Source: Moniliella sp. 'wahieum' (taxonomy: Eukaryota). Taken from it: DNA of 64,000 nt. A model generated the notes under the pieces. The model ran no database searches, had not been told where the DNA came from, and saw nothing but the letters and a program-made list of their open reading frames with translations. Positions 30,218 through 44,076 of this stretch are shown in pieces. Within the stretch, counting starts at the first letter, position 1; every line of letters starts with the position of its first letter. The DNA lies in the NCBI GenBank assembly GCA_003971905.1, contig RSEE01000020.1:372001-436000 (forward strand), written 5' to 3'. The position numbers and the translations under genes were made by a program.

Positions 30218-31574
30218 ATGTCCTCTGGTGCCCCGCGTGTATGTGTCGCTTCCTGGCCTGGGCTGCCGCCTCGGCGTGTGCTGACTCTGTCTGTGTCTGT
30301 GTCTTGGTCTGCCAGTCTGTTCCCCTCACCTGCTCCGGCCACACGCGTCCGGTCGTGCACATTGACTTTAGCGACCTGCAGGAGGATGGCACGTACACCC
30401 TCCTCTCCTCCTGCAAGGACGGAAAGCCGATGCTGCGCGACTGGCTTGGCGATTGGGTCGGGACCTTTCTCGGCCACAAGGGCGCCGTGTGGTGTGGCAA
30501 ACTGAGTGGCGGCGATGCCGCGCGCGCCGTCACGGGCAGCGCTGACTTTACTGCCAAAGTATGGGACACCTACTCGGGCGCCTGCCTCCACACCTTCCCG
30601 CACAACCACATTGTGCGCGCCACCGCAATCGACATTGCAGGTGACCGTATCCTGACGGGCGGGCACGAGAAGAAGATTCGGTTGTTTGATCTCAACAAGC
30701 CCGAGGCCGAGCCTACCTACTTCACCTCCCCGGCTGCTGGCGACGGGCTGGCGCACAAGGACGTGGTCAAGTACCTGGTTTGGGACCGCTCAGCGACGAA
30801 AACGTAGTGATCAGTGGCGGGGACGACAAGGTGATCCGGTGGTGGGACCTGCGCAGCCAAGGTGCCACCCGGGAAATCACCTGGACCAACCCATCACCTC
30901 GATCCAGCGTACCCCGGGTAAGTTGGGCGAACTGGTCTCGGTCACGAGCGGTAACGACGCCCTGTTCTACAATGCTACTGAGTACGTTCTTTTTTCCTCT
31001 TGCCTCCACCCCCTCCCTTCACCCTCTCCCCTTAACTTGCTTCCAACGTCGCTCGCCTTGGATGATCGTTGACCCCGTGCCATCTTCCTCTCTGCTTCTC
31101 TCTGCTGCATCTTCCTCTCTGCTTCTCTCTGCTTCCTCCTTCCCCTTCCCTCTCTTCAGTGGCCAATTGGTCAAGAAGTTCACATTGGCCGAAGCCCCCT
31201 CGAGTGCATCGGTTCAGCCAGTGGTGGCGGACCGGTTCATCACGGGCACTGTGGGTGATGGGTGGGTACGTGTGTACGATTGGGAAACGGAGAGGGAGAA
31301 CAACGGGACCTGTTCAAAGGCCACCATGGTCCGGCCCATATGGTCTCGTACTCCCCCGACGGCCAACTTGCCGCCAGTGGCAGTGAGGACGGTACCATCC
31401 GCTTGTGGCAAACGTTCCCCGGCACTCAATATGGTCTCGGACCTCCTAACGGTCCCCTTCTCTCAACATATTCAATCCCCTCCCCCCTCCCCTCCCACTC
31501 CCCCTCCCATCTGCCAGCTCTGGTGTGGGTCGAGCGAGCAGCTAGAGAGGGTTCGTTTGCCTGGCCAAACCTGA
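30218..31574 (+). CDS. STRAP/Unrip-like WD40 protein (serine-threonine kinase receptor-associated protein)
   Basis: [92 protein letters not shown]; several introns. Confidence 0.9.
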
Positions 31575-31899
31575 CCACAAGACGGTTCTGTTCGTTCACG
31601 TTGGCTGATCCTGGCCATGTTCTAGGATGCCCGCTTCCTACGGCCCTACGGGTCCTTGGATATCGGCGGTTGGAGAAACCTATCTTGACTGTCACAGGGG
31701 GAATAAGGAGAAAAGGTCGACTTCACCTCGTAGGGAACGGGAAGGGAAAACGGGTGAGATGTGGGGAAAAAAAACATATTAGCTGATACATTGAAAGGAA
31801 ATGTGAGAGGCCAACGCATGTTCAACCGCCGAGAGGACACGCGGGGAAGCGCAGCCCAAGCAAGGTAAAAGCATGTTGCACGAGCAAGTGCCTCTCTGT

Positions 31900-33791
31900 T
31901 TAGAACCGACTCAGATCACGGCCAAACATCATCTTAAGGAACCAGCCAAACGGCACTGCCAACCGGTTGCGGTTGGAGGACATGAGGGAGTAGGCACTGC
32001 GCCACAAGGCCCAAGCTGGCGGGCCCTTGACCATGTTGAGTCGACCGCGCCAGCCACGGTTTTGGAAGATGGCCGCGTGGGAGCCCAACGAGGACATCTG
32101 ACCCTTGGACTGGAACACAAACGGTTGCGGCTCGGGCGCACGGCCGCGGAGCGCCTTGGAGGTATCGTCGGTAGGCTCATAGGGCATGTCGCAGGCACGT
32201 ACATGACCCAAGTACCCATTGAGTTGGGCAGCAACGTATTTGGCCTTGGCCTTGGCCACCTGCGCCGTAGCCGGCAACCAGTCGCCCTGGATCACACCAG
32301 CGTCCCAATGACGAAAATGTCCTCGTACGCATCGTACTTGGGCACCACCTTACCCTCCGCATCCGTCGTAGTCAGACTAAAGTCGGGCTTGACTTTTTCC
32401 AGCTGGGTCATCTCGGCACCCTTGGGCGCCTTGAGCGCGTGCAGCCGGTCGTCCGTCAAAAGCGCACCACCACGGCTGTCCTTGGCGACACCTTGGATGC
32501 TGCGCGTCAGCGGGCTGGCGGTGACACCGGTACTCCAGACCAGCAAGCCGAAGGAAATGTCGCCATCCTCCTTGATGTGCAAGACACCGGGCGAGACACC
32601 TGTAATGTGCCGTTCCAAACGCACGTCCACCCGACCCGAGACAAAGTGCTCCCGTGCATACTCGGCCAGCTCGGCATCAAACGAGCTCAGAATCGTCTTG
32701 CCCGCATCAACGAGGATAAGCTTGATTAACGGAACCAAGGTGGGGTAGCGACGACGAATGTCGACGTGCACCAAGTCGGTCAACTCACCAATCAGCTCAC
32801 TGCCCGTTGGGCCACCACCCACCACAACCCACGTCAAGAGCTTTTGCTTGTCGGCAATGGACAGTCGGGTTGTTGGCCTGTTCGAGACAGGAGATGAGAC
32901 GCCAGCGAATTTGACGACCATTGTTGACGTCCTTGAGGAAAAGCGCGTTGGCTTTGACACCGGCGTCTGGAACGTACGGTTGTAACTCCCCATGGCAAGG
33001 ACGAGCTTGTCAAACTTGAGGATGGAAGTGGAACGGGTGGCGGGAGGCTGCTCTACTGACGCCAACGACGAACGTGTGGTCGACATGTGCGCAGTTTGCT
33101 GCGACATGGGCTTGGCAGGCTGGACGGGGTGTAGGTGGGGGAGAGGTAAAGGAGGGAACTCCAAGCTGTTGTTGTTCCTCAGGCGGCAACAACGGATCCA
33201 TCTCACGGAACGTAGGGGGATGCGCACTCGCAAGCTCGAGAATCTTGTTGTCAAGGTCCACTCCGTCGACCCACGCGCGGTGGAAGCTGAGTTTCTCGGA
33301 TGAAGTGACGGGCTCGGTCACCGCACGGAACTGTACAGCACACGGTCAGATATGGGTCGACCACAGTGCACTGGGCACCCAACGAGCAAGGAAAACAATA
33401 CGCACATCCAACGTGCCCACCGCGGCCTGGGCCAAGAGCGGTGTCATGGTAAGTTGGGGTTGGGAGAAACAATGTGGACCTCGTACTTGTTAAAGTCGAG
33501 TTCTTGCTGCATGATCTGGCTGCCCCAGCCGGTACCGACAATGACCAGGCGTTGCTTGCCGTTGCGCCCCATGCCCTTGCGCTGTTCGGGCTTGGGCCCG
33601 GCGCCATGACCAACAATCGTTGTTGTCGCAGCAGCGGACGGGCGGGCGTGAAATGAAGGAGGAGCAGGGGCAGAGGTGCTGACGAAGCGGCTAGTAATAC
33701 CAACTAGTGGCGTGCGGCGTGCACTGGCACCGGCAGCGAGACTGCGGCCTTGGGCGTGCATGGCACGGCGAGCAACATGGCCGGCAGTCAT
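31900..33791 (-). CDS. Type II (alternative) NADH:ubiquinone oxidoreductase, mitochondrial (NDE/NDI-like)
   Basis: Presequence-like N-terminus; LVIVGTGWG, FDKLVLAMGS, VVVGGGPTGSELIGEL, LLVWSTG, VIGD..LPATAQVA, LWRSAY..MFGRDLSRF*. Confidence 0.9.
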
Positions 33792-35135
33792 GGCGGAAGT
33801 AGGGGGGTAAGGAGAGGGAGGGAGTGGTGGTGACAAAGAGGACAAGGCAAGCAGGACGCACCAGGCGAAGGCGAAGGCTGGAAGAAGCGTCTTATATCGT
33901 TTTTGAGCCCGTGCCCCGTCAAAAACCAGCGTCACGCATCACGCATCACGGGCCACAGCCACCGCGTCACCGGTCACCGGCACCCCTCCTACGCCGTATC
34001 ACGCATTTGACGTCATGCATCATGCATCCTGGACATCATGCCTCGTACCAGGCAGCCACCCGTCTGTCTGTTCGGTGATCGATGAGAAATTGTGAATCAT
34101 GCACTGGCGCCATGCGGCGTCTGGCCGAATGCATCATACATGTGTCATGCATCATGCATGGGCGTCATCGGTGATCGTGGGTCACCGGTCGCTGTTGGTT
34201 TGGGCGGCCGAGCATGGGGCACAGCGCCAGTCTTGCATCGCCACTGCCCGGCTCCGCCGTCTAACCTAGGGAGTGTGCACCAGTGCGGTGCGTCGGCGGA
34301 GGCCGGAAGCAGAGTGTATTATCTTGGACGGATTAATAACAAGGAACAGGTAACCAGTAACGTAACTAGGCCGGGCCTCTCCTTTCGTTTTGCCTCTCCC
34401 CCGCCTCTTGGCGCACATTTTCCCTCCCGCTTTAGCTTTTCAGGCGGGCCCGTTTTGCCCCCGGCTTTCAGGATCCCACAGCCCACCACCGTCAGGCTCG
34501 TCGTAACAAATAGCTCCTGCGACGCCCAGACCCTCAGACTTCACACGGAGAAAGAAAAGAAAGCAAACAGGAGAAAGGGGCTACCTGCCGTTTGGATGAA
34601 AGCGACGGAAATGTATAGAGGGGCTGACAACATATCTTGAGAACGTCCGGGATCAACCTACCTTTCTGGAGCCGCCGGGCCGGATCAGGGCGTCGATGGC
34701 GGGTGGCACGTGGGGATAGAGGGAGGTACAACCGGGTAGCTGGGACGCTGATATCAGAGAGTGCTTTGTGGTACAGGCACGGGGAAACCGACAGTAGACC
34801 AACCCGTTGTGGCGCTTCTCTATATGCTCGAGCCCCCGCGGTATATCGCCTTTGGCGGTCACTGGTCAGCTCACCGGTGATCATCTGACCAGACCGAGAG
34901 GCCCGCGGCGACAAAAGGGTTACAAATGCTGGCCCAAGCACGCTACTCTTTCCTTGGCACCTTAGCGCTTGCTATGCATCGCAGCTGCTTCGCTCTGCGC
35001 CCACACACAGCCAAAAGATCACACTAACCAATGGTGGCATGGCTGCCGCGGACCGATGTTGGGGGTAAATATAAACCGCAGCCGGTACTGATAATGCATG
35101 ATCATCGATCACGCATCGCCCATCACTCATCAACA

Positions 35136-35177
<42 letters not shown>
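35136..35177. repeat. (CATCGT)n microsatellite
   Basis: catcgt repeated about six times. Confidence 0.85.
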
Positions 35178-37829
35178 ATCATCGGAGATCGGTCCCGGGC
35201 GGGACCCATGCGTGAAACACAATCGCAGCCGCCTAGCCAGCCTGGCCGTGCCAAAGGGCGGCCTGGTGTAACCAAAGGAGGCCCGCCTCTGCAAGCTAAC
35301 AATACGGCCCTTCTTTTGCTGGATCATATTGTTCTGTGGGTGATGATTACAATGATTGATCTTTCCAGGGCCAGGCGGGAGGCACATTTCGAAAGACAGC
35401 TAGCTGTATTACTATACTTTTCGCGGCTATGGCGTTCCCTCACGCGGCGACCTATCATTTGGTTTACCTTTCGCTGCGCGTCCATTGCGCGTTCTCATCG
35501 ATCGCTCAGACCTCACCCTGGCTTACCGGCCCTACCAGGCCCTGTACTCCGCCCGTCATTCCAGCACTCTTTCGGTCGGGTGTACCTTTGTGGCGCACGC
35601 ATGCGCGACTGGCTCCTCAACCGGGCAGTACCAAACAGCGACAAGGGCTTGAGGGCTTGGAGAGCAGGGGGGGTGCGTGTGGTTCAGCCTGGACGTTGAA
35701 CGTTGCGCGTTGACGACGAAGGTCGATGCCGATGGCGGCGCGAGCATCTTTAACAAACCGCATGCGCTTCTCGCGTTTGAACCTTTCGGATCTGACAACA
35801 TCAAACTCTGATCCTGTCCTGGAGCCAGCACAGGGGCAGTGTCACCCGTGTCACCAAGTGGCTTGCAGGAATACACAAACCCCAAGAAATCACACCTGAC
35901 ATATTCTTAAATACAACTCGTACGCATTACAAATCTCTTTTGCGTTTCCTCAGACATACCTCGTACGCGTAATGTTAACGAAAAAAGCAAATGCAATTGA
36001 AGCGCCATTAAGCGCATTAAGCAGAAGAAGAGAGGGGTGGTAAATGAGGTAAACATAGGCCCGACTGCAGTGTGTCTGTCATTTGCACGTCACGCGCGTC
36101 ACGCGTCACTAGCCATTAATCATAACTCGTTTTCATGCGATATGCTTACGCGCTGTGCTCTACCTAACGTCTGTGACATATATATCCGGATCCTGATGCC
36201 ATTAACAAAAGGAGATTAATAACGGTTGGGCACGGGGTGCGCGTCACCGAATGACCGGTAGCCATCGGGAGAGGACGAGAACGGAGATGGAACCCAAACC
36301 AAATCGACAGAGGCGAATCTCAATGCACATACCAATAATACCTTCTCTTTTAGATCTTAAAGTTCTTTTGAATCTTATCGATGTAAGTGCGTTACTATAT
36401 GTTCGCCAGTGGCTATCTTTTGTGCATTCCTGTATCTCCAACCCCCGGCCCCCACACCAGCCGGGTGCCGACCTGTTCCGACCCCAGGTTAGCCGGAGCC
36501 GGCACACCCGTCACTGAGTGCTGAATATTACTGAATCTGATAACCTCGTATAGTAATTCAGTTCCGACGGGTGAGCTCGACAAGGGAAGGTGAAAAAGAG
36601 CCGGTGAGCCCGTGAGTCGGTGACACAAGGGCCACCCACTTCTTGCCACTGAAGTGCGGGGAAGGCTCGCTCGCTGACACTGGCGCCCTCCCGCGGCCAC
36701 TGCAGAGCAGGGCAGAGCTAAGAGAGGGACGATCGATGAGCTGATCTTTTGGCAGGCGCCGCGACACTATATCTATAGAACGGGTGGCACGTGCGCGTGA
36801 GAAAGGCCAACTGTCGAAAAACCTTATATGCGAGGCTACGTACCACGCACCACCGCATCCACAGTATCGATCTCCGGACATCGTAACCGCTACCGGCTCC
36901 CGGCTCCCGGCGCTGTTACTGTTACCCCCTGCTGCCCCTCGATCAATTGCGGCGAGTGTGTGGGGCTCCGCATTCTTTGCAGCACACGTCTATCTCGGCA
37001 GTTGCAATGATAACGCGGTGGCCACACCTCTGCTCACGGATATCTGTAACCTGGTGCGTGACCGCTGCGGGACCGCTGCGTGACTTCGGTATTCAGTTGC
37101 GGCAGGGAAACAGATGAATAAGCGGCTGCTATACATAGCCTGCAGACAAGTGTATGGTATGGACGTGGGCCCATCCAATATTCACCGAACGCTCTAAATC
37201 CATCTTCTTTCTCTATCTCGCTTGTAGACACAGACACTCGCCCGGCATTCAGCTGGCCGTTCAGCCGGAGACCCGGCCCGAAATGGCACACCCTCCCCTC
37301 CCCTGTCCGTACGTCAGTCCATCCACCGCGCTGCCACCGTACATGGATCCATTCATATCGCTTCGTACATAGCTAATCGAAAACGCTGGTTACAAGGTTC
37401 CGGATAGATATGTGAGGACTACGTACAAAATTCAAGGTGGGCAAGGCCCACAAGATTGTGCACAAGAAATTTCGATTAGCTATATTATAGACAATCGAGG
37501 CACCCCAAAGGAGAGGCTATACCTCTCGCTGCTGCATCGCTGTGTGTCAAAGCCATTTTGTTGCGATGTAGCCTCATGTGACGGGCACTGGCCTCTCAAT
37601 CAGATAGGCATTTCCCACCGTGCTCTGTCACTATAGAAAGTAATAGTAAATGTCACCATATCGTCGATTGTCCTATCGCAACTGTGGTTCCCACTGCCTC
37701 GGACGGAAGAGAGGGTAAAGTGCAAGGATGGAATCTCTCCCTCATCGGCCTCATCCGCCTTTGGGTCCCGGGGGCAAGGGGGATTTCTCTTGCGTGGCCA
37801 GGGGGGGAGGGGGGGACAGACATAATAGT

Positions 37830-38400
37830 GTGGCTCTAGTGGACCCAAGTACTTGCGCCGCCGCCCAACCACGCAGTCGCCCAACAAAGCCAACGGGATT
37901 GATGGTGTTCCACACCGATTTGGGGGTTGGCACGGCGAAAGGCCCCCGCGGCCATTTTCGCTTCGTATACTACTTCTTCCGTAGAATCATAGTGGATCAG
38001 GTTGGTTTGGAGCCCGCTCCACAGCGACATTTTCACGTAGCGGGAGTGGCATGGTACGAACGCGTCCGGTCAGGGAAAGCAATCGCGGGCGAACTGGATG
38101 CCACCACACGACCCGACGTACCATGGCATCATTTTGCTGGAATTTGGTAGATCCTAGTTGGCACAGGCAACCGAGGACGTCATCACACATCCCACCCGGT
38201 CCCAAATGTCAAGTTGGACGCGACGTGCGCGACGTCTTGCATTCCTTGTGCACTGTTGATATGTATGCGACCTCACCTGCCGTGCCCGGTACCACTACCT
38301 GCCATGTCCATCAGGCAGTTCAATCCGACATGGTGGAAGCCTTGGCGCACACAACGCACATCGGCTTTGACTGCCGCGTGCACACAGCCGCACGCACCAG
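37830..38400 (+). pseudogene. Possible degenerate transposase C-terminal fragment
   Basis: FVYYFFRR....HFHVAGVAWYERV resembles the YFF..H..A.V.WY pattern of fungal CACTA-type transposase C-termini; interrupted by stops; lies in a gene-free, lower-GC region. Confidence 0.3.
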
Positions 38401-40518
38401 GCAACCGCTTGGAACATCACTTCGTCGATCACAAGCACGATCCGCTGTCCGTCTGTCCATCTGTCCTTCCAAATTGAGAAATCGGCAGTGCTCCTCCCAG
38501 CTCAGAGTTGAGCGTTCAACGGACAGGCAGCACACTGGACGCTGCGCCTCTGGCATCACAGGGCTACACTCCGAGATGAGAGATCAGAGATAAAGAAGAG
38601 TTGACATGCGCCGACCAACGGGAGCGCGCGCGTACAGCTTTACGTCCGTGCTTCTATCGCCAGAACCTCAGTAGGAGGCCTGGCGGAGGGAAGCCAGGAG
38701 GCCGCGGAAGCAGCGTAGCACCGACCAAACAACCCCTCACTTATAACCCATTCACCCCTTATACGGGACCCGGGACCCCCCAAAACTTTCGACCTCCTGC
38801 CTCATGCCCGTGCCACCTTACCATCATCGACAACTCCACCGTCCCCGCACTCTCCCACAAGGGCGGCCCGTTGCGTAAATATGCATCCCAGAACGAAGAC
38901 GGTTGAGGCGGGATGGCCTGCTCTGGCATCCCTGCGGCACTGGAGCGTGCCTTTTGGTTGCGAGCAGGCGGGGCGGGGGCACACCCTCTTCCCTCCCTTG
39001 GGTCCTTAGCTGTTACGTTCGTCTGTGGGACGACAGGGACCATTTTTCCTGCGAAGGCGCCTTCCCGCTTCCCCTGAACATTCCCCGTGGGCACCTTTTT
39101 TCGTTGACGATTTACGTGGACGTTTACGCTTCCTGTAGATGCTTCATGCCGCCGACATGGTCCGTGGCCACTGACGAGCAAACGCGGGTGAGCGCCTGGA
39201 GTGGGCTGCAAAGTACCGCGTGGGCGATTCGCAAGAGACTACGGGCAGGAGACAGACAGTTACGGGAGAGACGTGGGCCGAACGAACGAGGTTGGGATTG
39301 TTGGGTAAGGTATAATGGAGAGTCGTATGGAGCCGGCGGAAAATATGTGGATGAGGGAGGAGGAGGTTTTGCTCACTGTGCCTAATAGGCATGCGCTTGG
39401 GAGACGCATTGTCTCCGGTGCTGCTCAGGACAGACCAACTGAGGCGAGACCAGACGGGATGCGAGTTGCCACGGCCGCTAAAGAATGTGGCTTTTTGTGA
39501 TCTGTGGGTGGACATTGGTCTGTTGTGTAGGATGTGCAGCCCACGAAGGAACTATATGGGTGAACCGTTTATTGGTATGAAGAACGGATTTGAGAGAAGG
39601 CTTGTTGGTAGGCTCATGTAGTTCATATGCTTGTGCTCTCTCCATAGATTACATTTGCATTTTGTGGGTAGGTGTCGTTTGACGGGCAGGGCCGTGTTCG
39701 ACAATAGCGTCCTTGAGTAGGTATGGGTATACACCCTTCTTCTTCTCATGCATGGAGATGAGTTTGGCATTGAGGCCGGGGAGGAGAGTGAATCGTAACG
39801 GCAACATGGAAGAAGTTCCTTCGGCAGCCATATAAGGTTTCGTTCTAAGGGGATTCGCAAGGTTTCGTAGGTCCGTCACGGACAGTGCATACTAAAAACT
39901 GATAATACAGTCCCCAAAAATGAAGGCATCGGGCAGGCATGCACACTTCCAGCGGGTCTTCCCAGGACGCCAGACCAAAAACTACCTCTTTAATTCCAGT
40001 TTCTCCTCCACTTCCGCGCTCTGGCTCTGCCATATACCCCTTGTCGCTCTCACCATCTAGTCACATAGATGTCGTAACTCAATTCCTTCCTTCTGTCCAA
40101 TTGTCCCGCCGACACCCATCACGGAGATGCTTTCTACGTACATTATTATAAGTTGTGATGAGACGAGTGGCCCTCTGCTTCGCGCGACGTTAGGCAGAAC
40201 AATTCCATTCACCTTCATGAGATACAAGAGAATTCAAGTGGGTGGTGATGCAGGATATGCGCACCAACAGGATGCTATTGGCGTACAGAATAAGGCCAGA
40301 GGGCATCCAGGCCGAACAGGGCAATAAAAAATGGACACGTCGCAGGTTCATGATGACGAGAATGTGAGAGGGCACAACAGTGAGAGTGATGGGAACGATG
40401 AGGAAAAGAAGGTCCGAACAGGGGGGAGAAAGGGGCCTGTAAGTGGGCAGGGAAGGGCAATGAATAGGACAGAACAAAGGGCAACAAAACCAATTTTTGA
40501 CAACCCCATCCATCATGT

Positions 40519-41621
40519 CTAAACCATGGGGGAAGGGGGCGTAGAAGGAGAGGACGAGACCAAGTCCGTTTTGGAAGGCGCTTGGTCTGCTCGGTCCCAA
40601 GGGAAGGCATGCGGCGGCGCGGTAAATGGATTGGGGTGGACCCATCCTGAAGACGAAGCCATCGGGGTCGGCATATCTCCCAATGTCTCCACGGTCTCGT
40701 GCTCCTCCTCCTCGTCATCAAACGGTGACTCGGAAGTAATGGGGGCGTGGTGGGTGGGCCGCGGAAGTAAGTCGGTATGCATTTGCAATTCGGCAACGTT
40801 GATCGAGTGGCTGCGCTCCTTCTTGGCAACGGGTGAATGCTTCTGTTCCTCAGCCTCTTCGGCAGGCTTGGTACCGAGACCCTTGACTGGCTCCTTGCGC
40901 AGCCGCTTAAACATCTTTTTCACCCCCTTTTGCATCACCTCCCCCAAGTCCACCACATCGTCCCTTGGATAAAGTGGAACAGGCCCAGCGGCAGAGGCTT
41001 GGTCACCGGACCAGGCTGCTGCCTGCTGCTGCTGCTGTAGCTGCTCGGTCCCTGCTTGCGAAGCCAGCAATTGGGCTCGAGACGTCACACCAATCGAGAT
41101 AGACTGGGAACGAGTCGTCCGACGGCCGGTACTGGGCAAGGGGCAGAAGCGAAGAGAGGAGGAAGTGGATCTCCGTTCACGTTCGCCTTGCTCGGACGAA
41201 CTGGTCTGGGTGGGATGGAAGGGCGACGATGCAGCGGTGGAGTGGGTAGAGTGGGTGGAGGTGGTTTGGACCGACGCTCGGGTGGACACGTCGCTCTGCT
41301 CCGATACGGCCGAGCCGCGATGCGTTTCAGTCGGGGACACTGGGGTGGGGATCCAGCCATCTCCAAACGAGGCATTGGGGCCGCGTGGGTCGACGGAGAG
41401 CACCTCGGGACCACGGATGGTGAGTGGGCCGGGGGTGTTATCCGGGCGGCGGCGGTAGGACTTGCCGAGGGGGGTGTTTGTTTTCTTGGCGAGCGATCCA
41501 GGCGCTTGGGGACGAGGAAGGCGTCTTTGAAGCGGTTGGGCTTGCGCGTCTCGCTCGGTGGGGCGCCGCAGCAAGCGGGGTCAAGGATGCTCTTGAGCGC
41601 GGGCTGGGAAACGGTGGACAT
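40519..41621 (-). CDS. Hypothetical Ser/Pro-rich protein
   Basis: ATG at 41621 (MSTVSQPALKSIL) joined by a frameshift to a 351-aa ORF with LRFCPLP..RSQSISIGVTSRAQLL; coding-like composition. Confidence 0.6.
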
Positions 41622-43588
41622 GGTGGGGGCGAGAGGTGGAGGGGCAGGGGAAAGAGGGAGGGGGAGGGGGGATGAGGAAAGGATGAAGGAGAGAAGGTAT
41701 GGAGGTAGTGGTGGTGGTCGGCCTGCTGAGTGCACCGCACTGAGTGTATTGTGTCGATGGGGTTCGCGAGTCTGGCCACGCTCCCCAACCTGGGACCCAC
41801 AGCAAGGGGCGGCAGGGGCGGCAGGGGGCGAGTGTGGCCGCACGCGCAGCGGGCTTAACAGCCCCGCGCAGCTTAAGCCCGCAGCCCCACGCATTTTTTT
41901 TCGGGAGCAGCGCACACTTGCCTGCGGCACTGCGCCCAGCCAGCGCTGCCCTGCGCTGCCGCCGCCGCATGACATCACCGCACAGCCGCTTACATACGCA
42001 ACGCTCCACGTCACACACGTCACACCCCCGCCGCCATCGGCGCATTGTTTGTGCTAGCATGCTTATGTGTACAGATAACCCCACCAGGTGCATCAGGTCC
42101 AGGGCACAGTGTCGGTCGCCTGGGGAAATCCTTGCTCATTCCACACTATACTCGCTACATCACTCAATCGTCAGGCTGTGAGGCCTGGCCGCTCCCAGCC
42201 CCCCACGCGTTACATTCCCCCAATCCCCCAACGCCGCTTACGGGGAAGAATGGGTGCCGCGAGCTTGCTGGGGACCACATGGGCCACCCACGATGCATCT
42301 CCAGCAGACCTCTTCTCTTTGCCTGTTGGGGTGTTATAGGTGGCTTGTATAAGCATCTTTATGCGGTGGTGTGGGTAGGCAGAGGAGGTGCTATCCATGG
42401 CCCTTTTCGGGTGCCCCCAATCCTTCCTCTTGTGGTCTCCCCCTTGATTGATGATCGATCATCTTCACACTCCGGATATTTTGCCTCATGTGGTGCCTGT
42501 GGGTATCAACATCCTGTTGTTGCAAACAACCCGATCGAGGGGGGTTAAGGTAATCGTTGGCCTCGGTGGCCGCCGCTCAAACGTTGGGGGCGCAATCAAC
42601 GAATGAGAGGAAAGTGTGTGGAGCCGCATCATATTCTAGCCGGAGAAGTATACGCAGATGACTAGACGTTTTCAAGGGGACCTGCGAGCCACCCTATTTC
42701 CCCGACCGGAGCTTGGCAGAGGGGAAGGCGACAGTGTGCGCTGCGCCCTGCTCGGGGTTCTCTTCAAGCTAATACAGCAGGGTAATACGTCGGAAGGAGG
42801 CTGCATATGGTCGCACACCCCGGAAGGTGGTACCCGAGGGTTAGGAACCGCCAAAAGCTTGTGGAACGCCGGGAGAAAAAATGAGGCGCTTCGACCGCTG
42901 CAGAAGGCGGACTGCGACAAGAAAGCAAAGTGTCAGGGACGCGCTCCAGCGCCATTCCCCCCCTGTGTGCTTGACGATGCGTGGGTACTAAATGCCACCA
43001 AGACGGCCAACAAATGATGTTTGAGTACTGGAAACACCTTGAGGAGAGGAGTCACATTGGAGATAATGGCGCATCGCTCATATGTCTATACCACATAGGC
43101 TTCATCGTAGTATCTAGTCGCGCTATACATCCGGTTTGGAAGCAAATGGCGTGCGCCAGAGGGTCCCGGCCTGCTGGCGATTCCACTGATATCTTAATTG
43201 GATTGGCATGAGCACTGAAGCAGTGCAGGCCGGGTGAACGAGCATGCCAGTCGATAGAGAATCGGCGTTTCTATGTCATGATCCCAATACAACAACAGTG
43301 AGGGAGGGGGTGGGGGCGCTTTCTTTTTTGTACAGTACACCCCGGTCTTGCAGCGCCCTGGAGGCTTTGGGGATAATATCCTACGTATCCTCAGTCAGCA
43401 TCTCGGCTCTCGGTTTCTCGTCCAAAAGTGGTGTTGTAGTCCAATACGTCTCCCAGCTACCAATGCCGATACTATGACCCAGAAAATCTCGGTGTGCAAC
43501 CTCACGGGGGGTGTGAAAAATTAAAATTTCGCTTAGATGACCACATCACCCAAAAATGAGTAAATTTTTCCGAATATTACCTTCGGCA

Positions 43589-43820
43589 CTTTGGCCACAT
43601 GAGGTCAAGCGCTTTGGCCCAAGAGGTCAAGCGCTTTGGCCACATGAGATCAAGCGCTTTGGCCACATGCGTTCAAGCGCTTTGGCCACATGCGTTCAAG
43701 CGCTTTGGCCACATGAGATCAAGCGCTTTGGCCACATGCGCTCAATGGCTTTGGCCACATGCGCTCAATGGCTTTGGCCACATGCGCTCAAGCGCTTTGG
43801 CCACATGCGCTCAAACGCTT
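43589..43820. repeat. Subterminal tandem array, 10 x 23 bp (consensus CTTTGGCCACATGCGCTCAAGCG)
   Basis: Ten head-to-tail copies with a few variable positions, ~60 bp inside the left TIR. Confidence 0.95.
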
Positions 43821-44076
43821 AGCTGTTGATTGGATGCGTGCTTGTAGGCTTTCTAACCGGCTGGTTGGATGGGGCTGGCATCGATCCAGAACTACTAGAT
43901 TTATAGGCAGGGTAGGTATTTCTTAGGTATAGAATGCATTCGAAGATCGCTGGGAAGCGATGACACGGCAACCACGGTTAGGTGTGACGTCAGACGGAAG
44001 CACCACAACATAGTAGAGCAGTGAGCGGTACAGAAAGTGGCAGGTTAGTATGAGGGGAGCGCGCACTAGGGAGACG

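Noticed and set aside
31081..31134. 27-bp tandem duplication
   Set aside because: Pyrimidine-rich slippage repeat inside an intron of the STRAP-like gene; no further structure.
34778..39089. CACGGGGAA / TTCCCCGTG as the TIR pair of a second element
   Set aside because: Only ~9 bp match and no convincing target duplication.
43589..43820. CRISPR-like array
   Set aside because: Units are head-to-tail with no unique spacers, there are no cas genes, the context is eukaryotic, and the position fits a transposon subterminal repeat.
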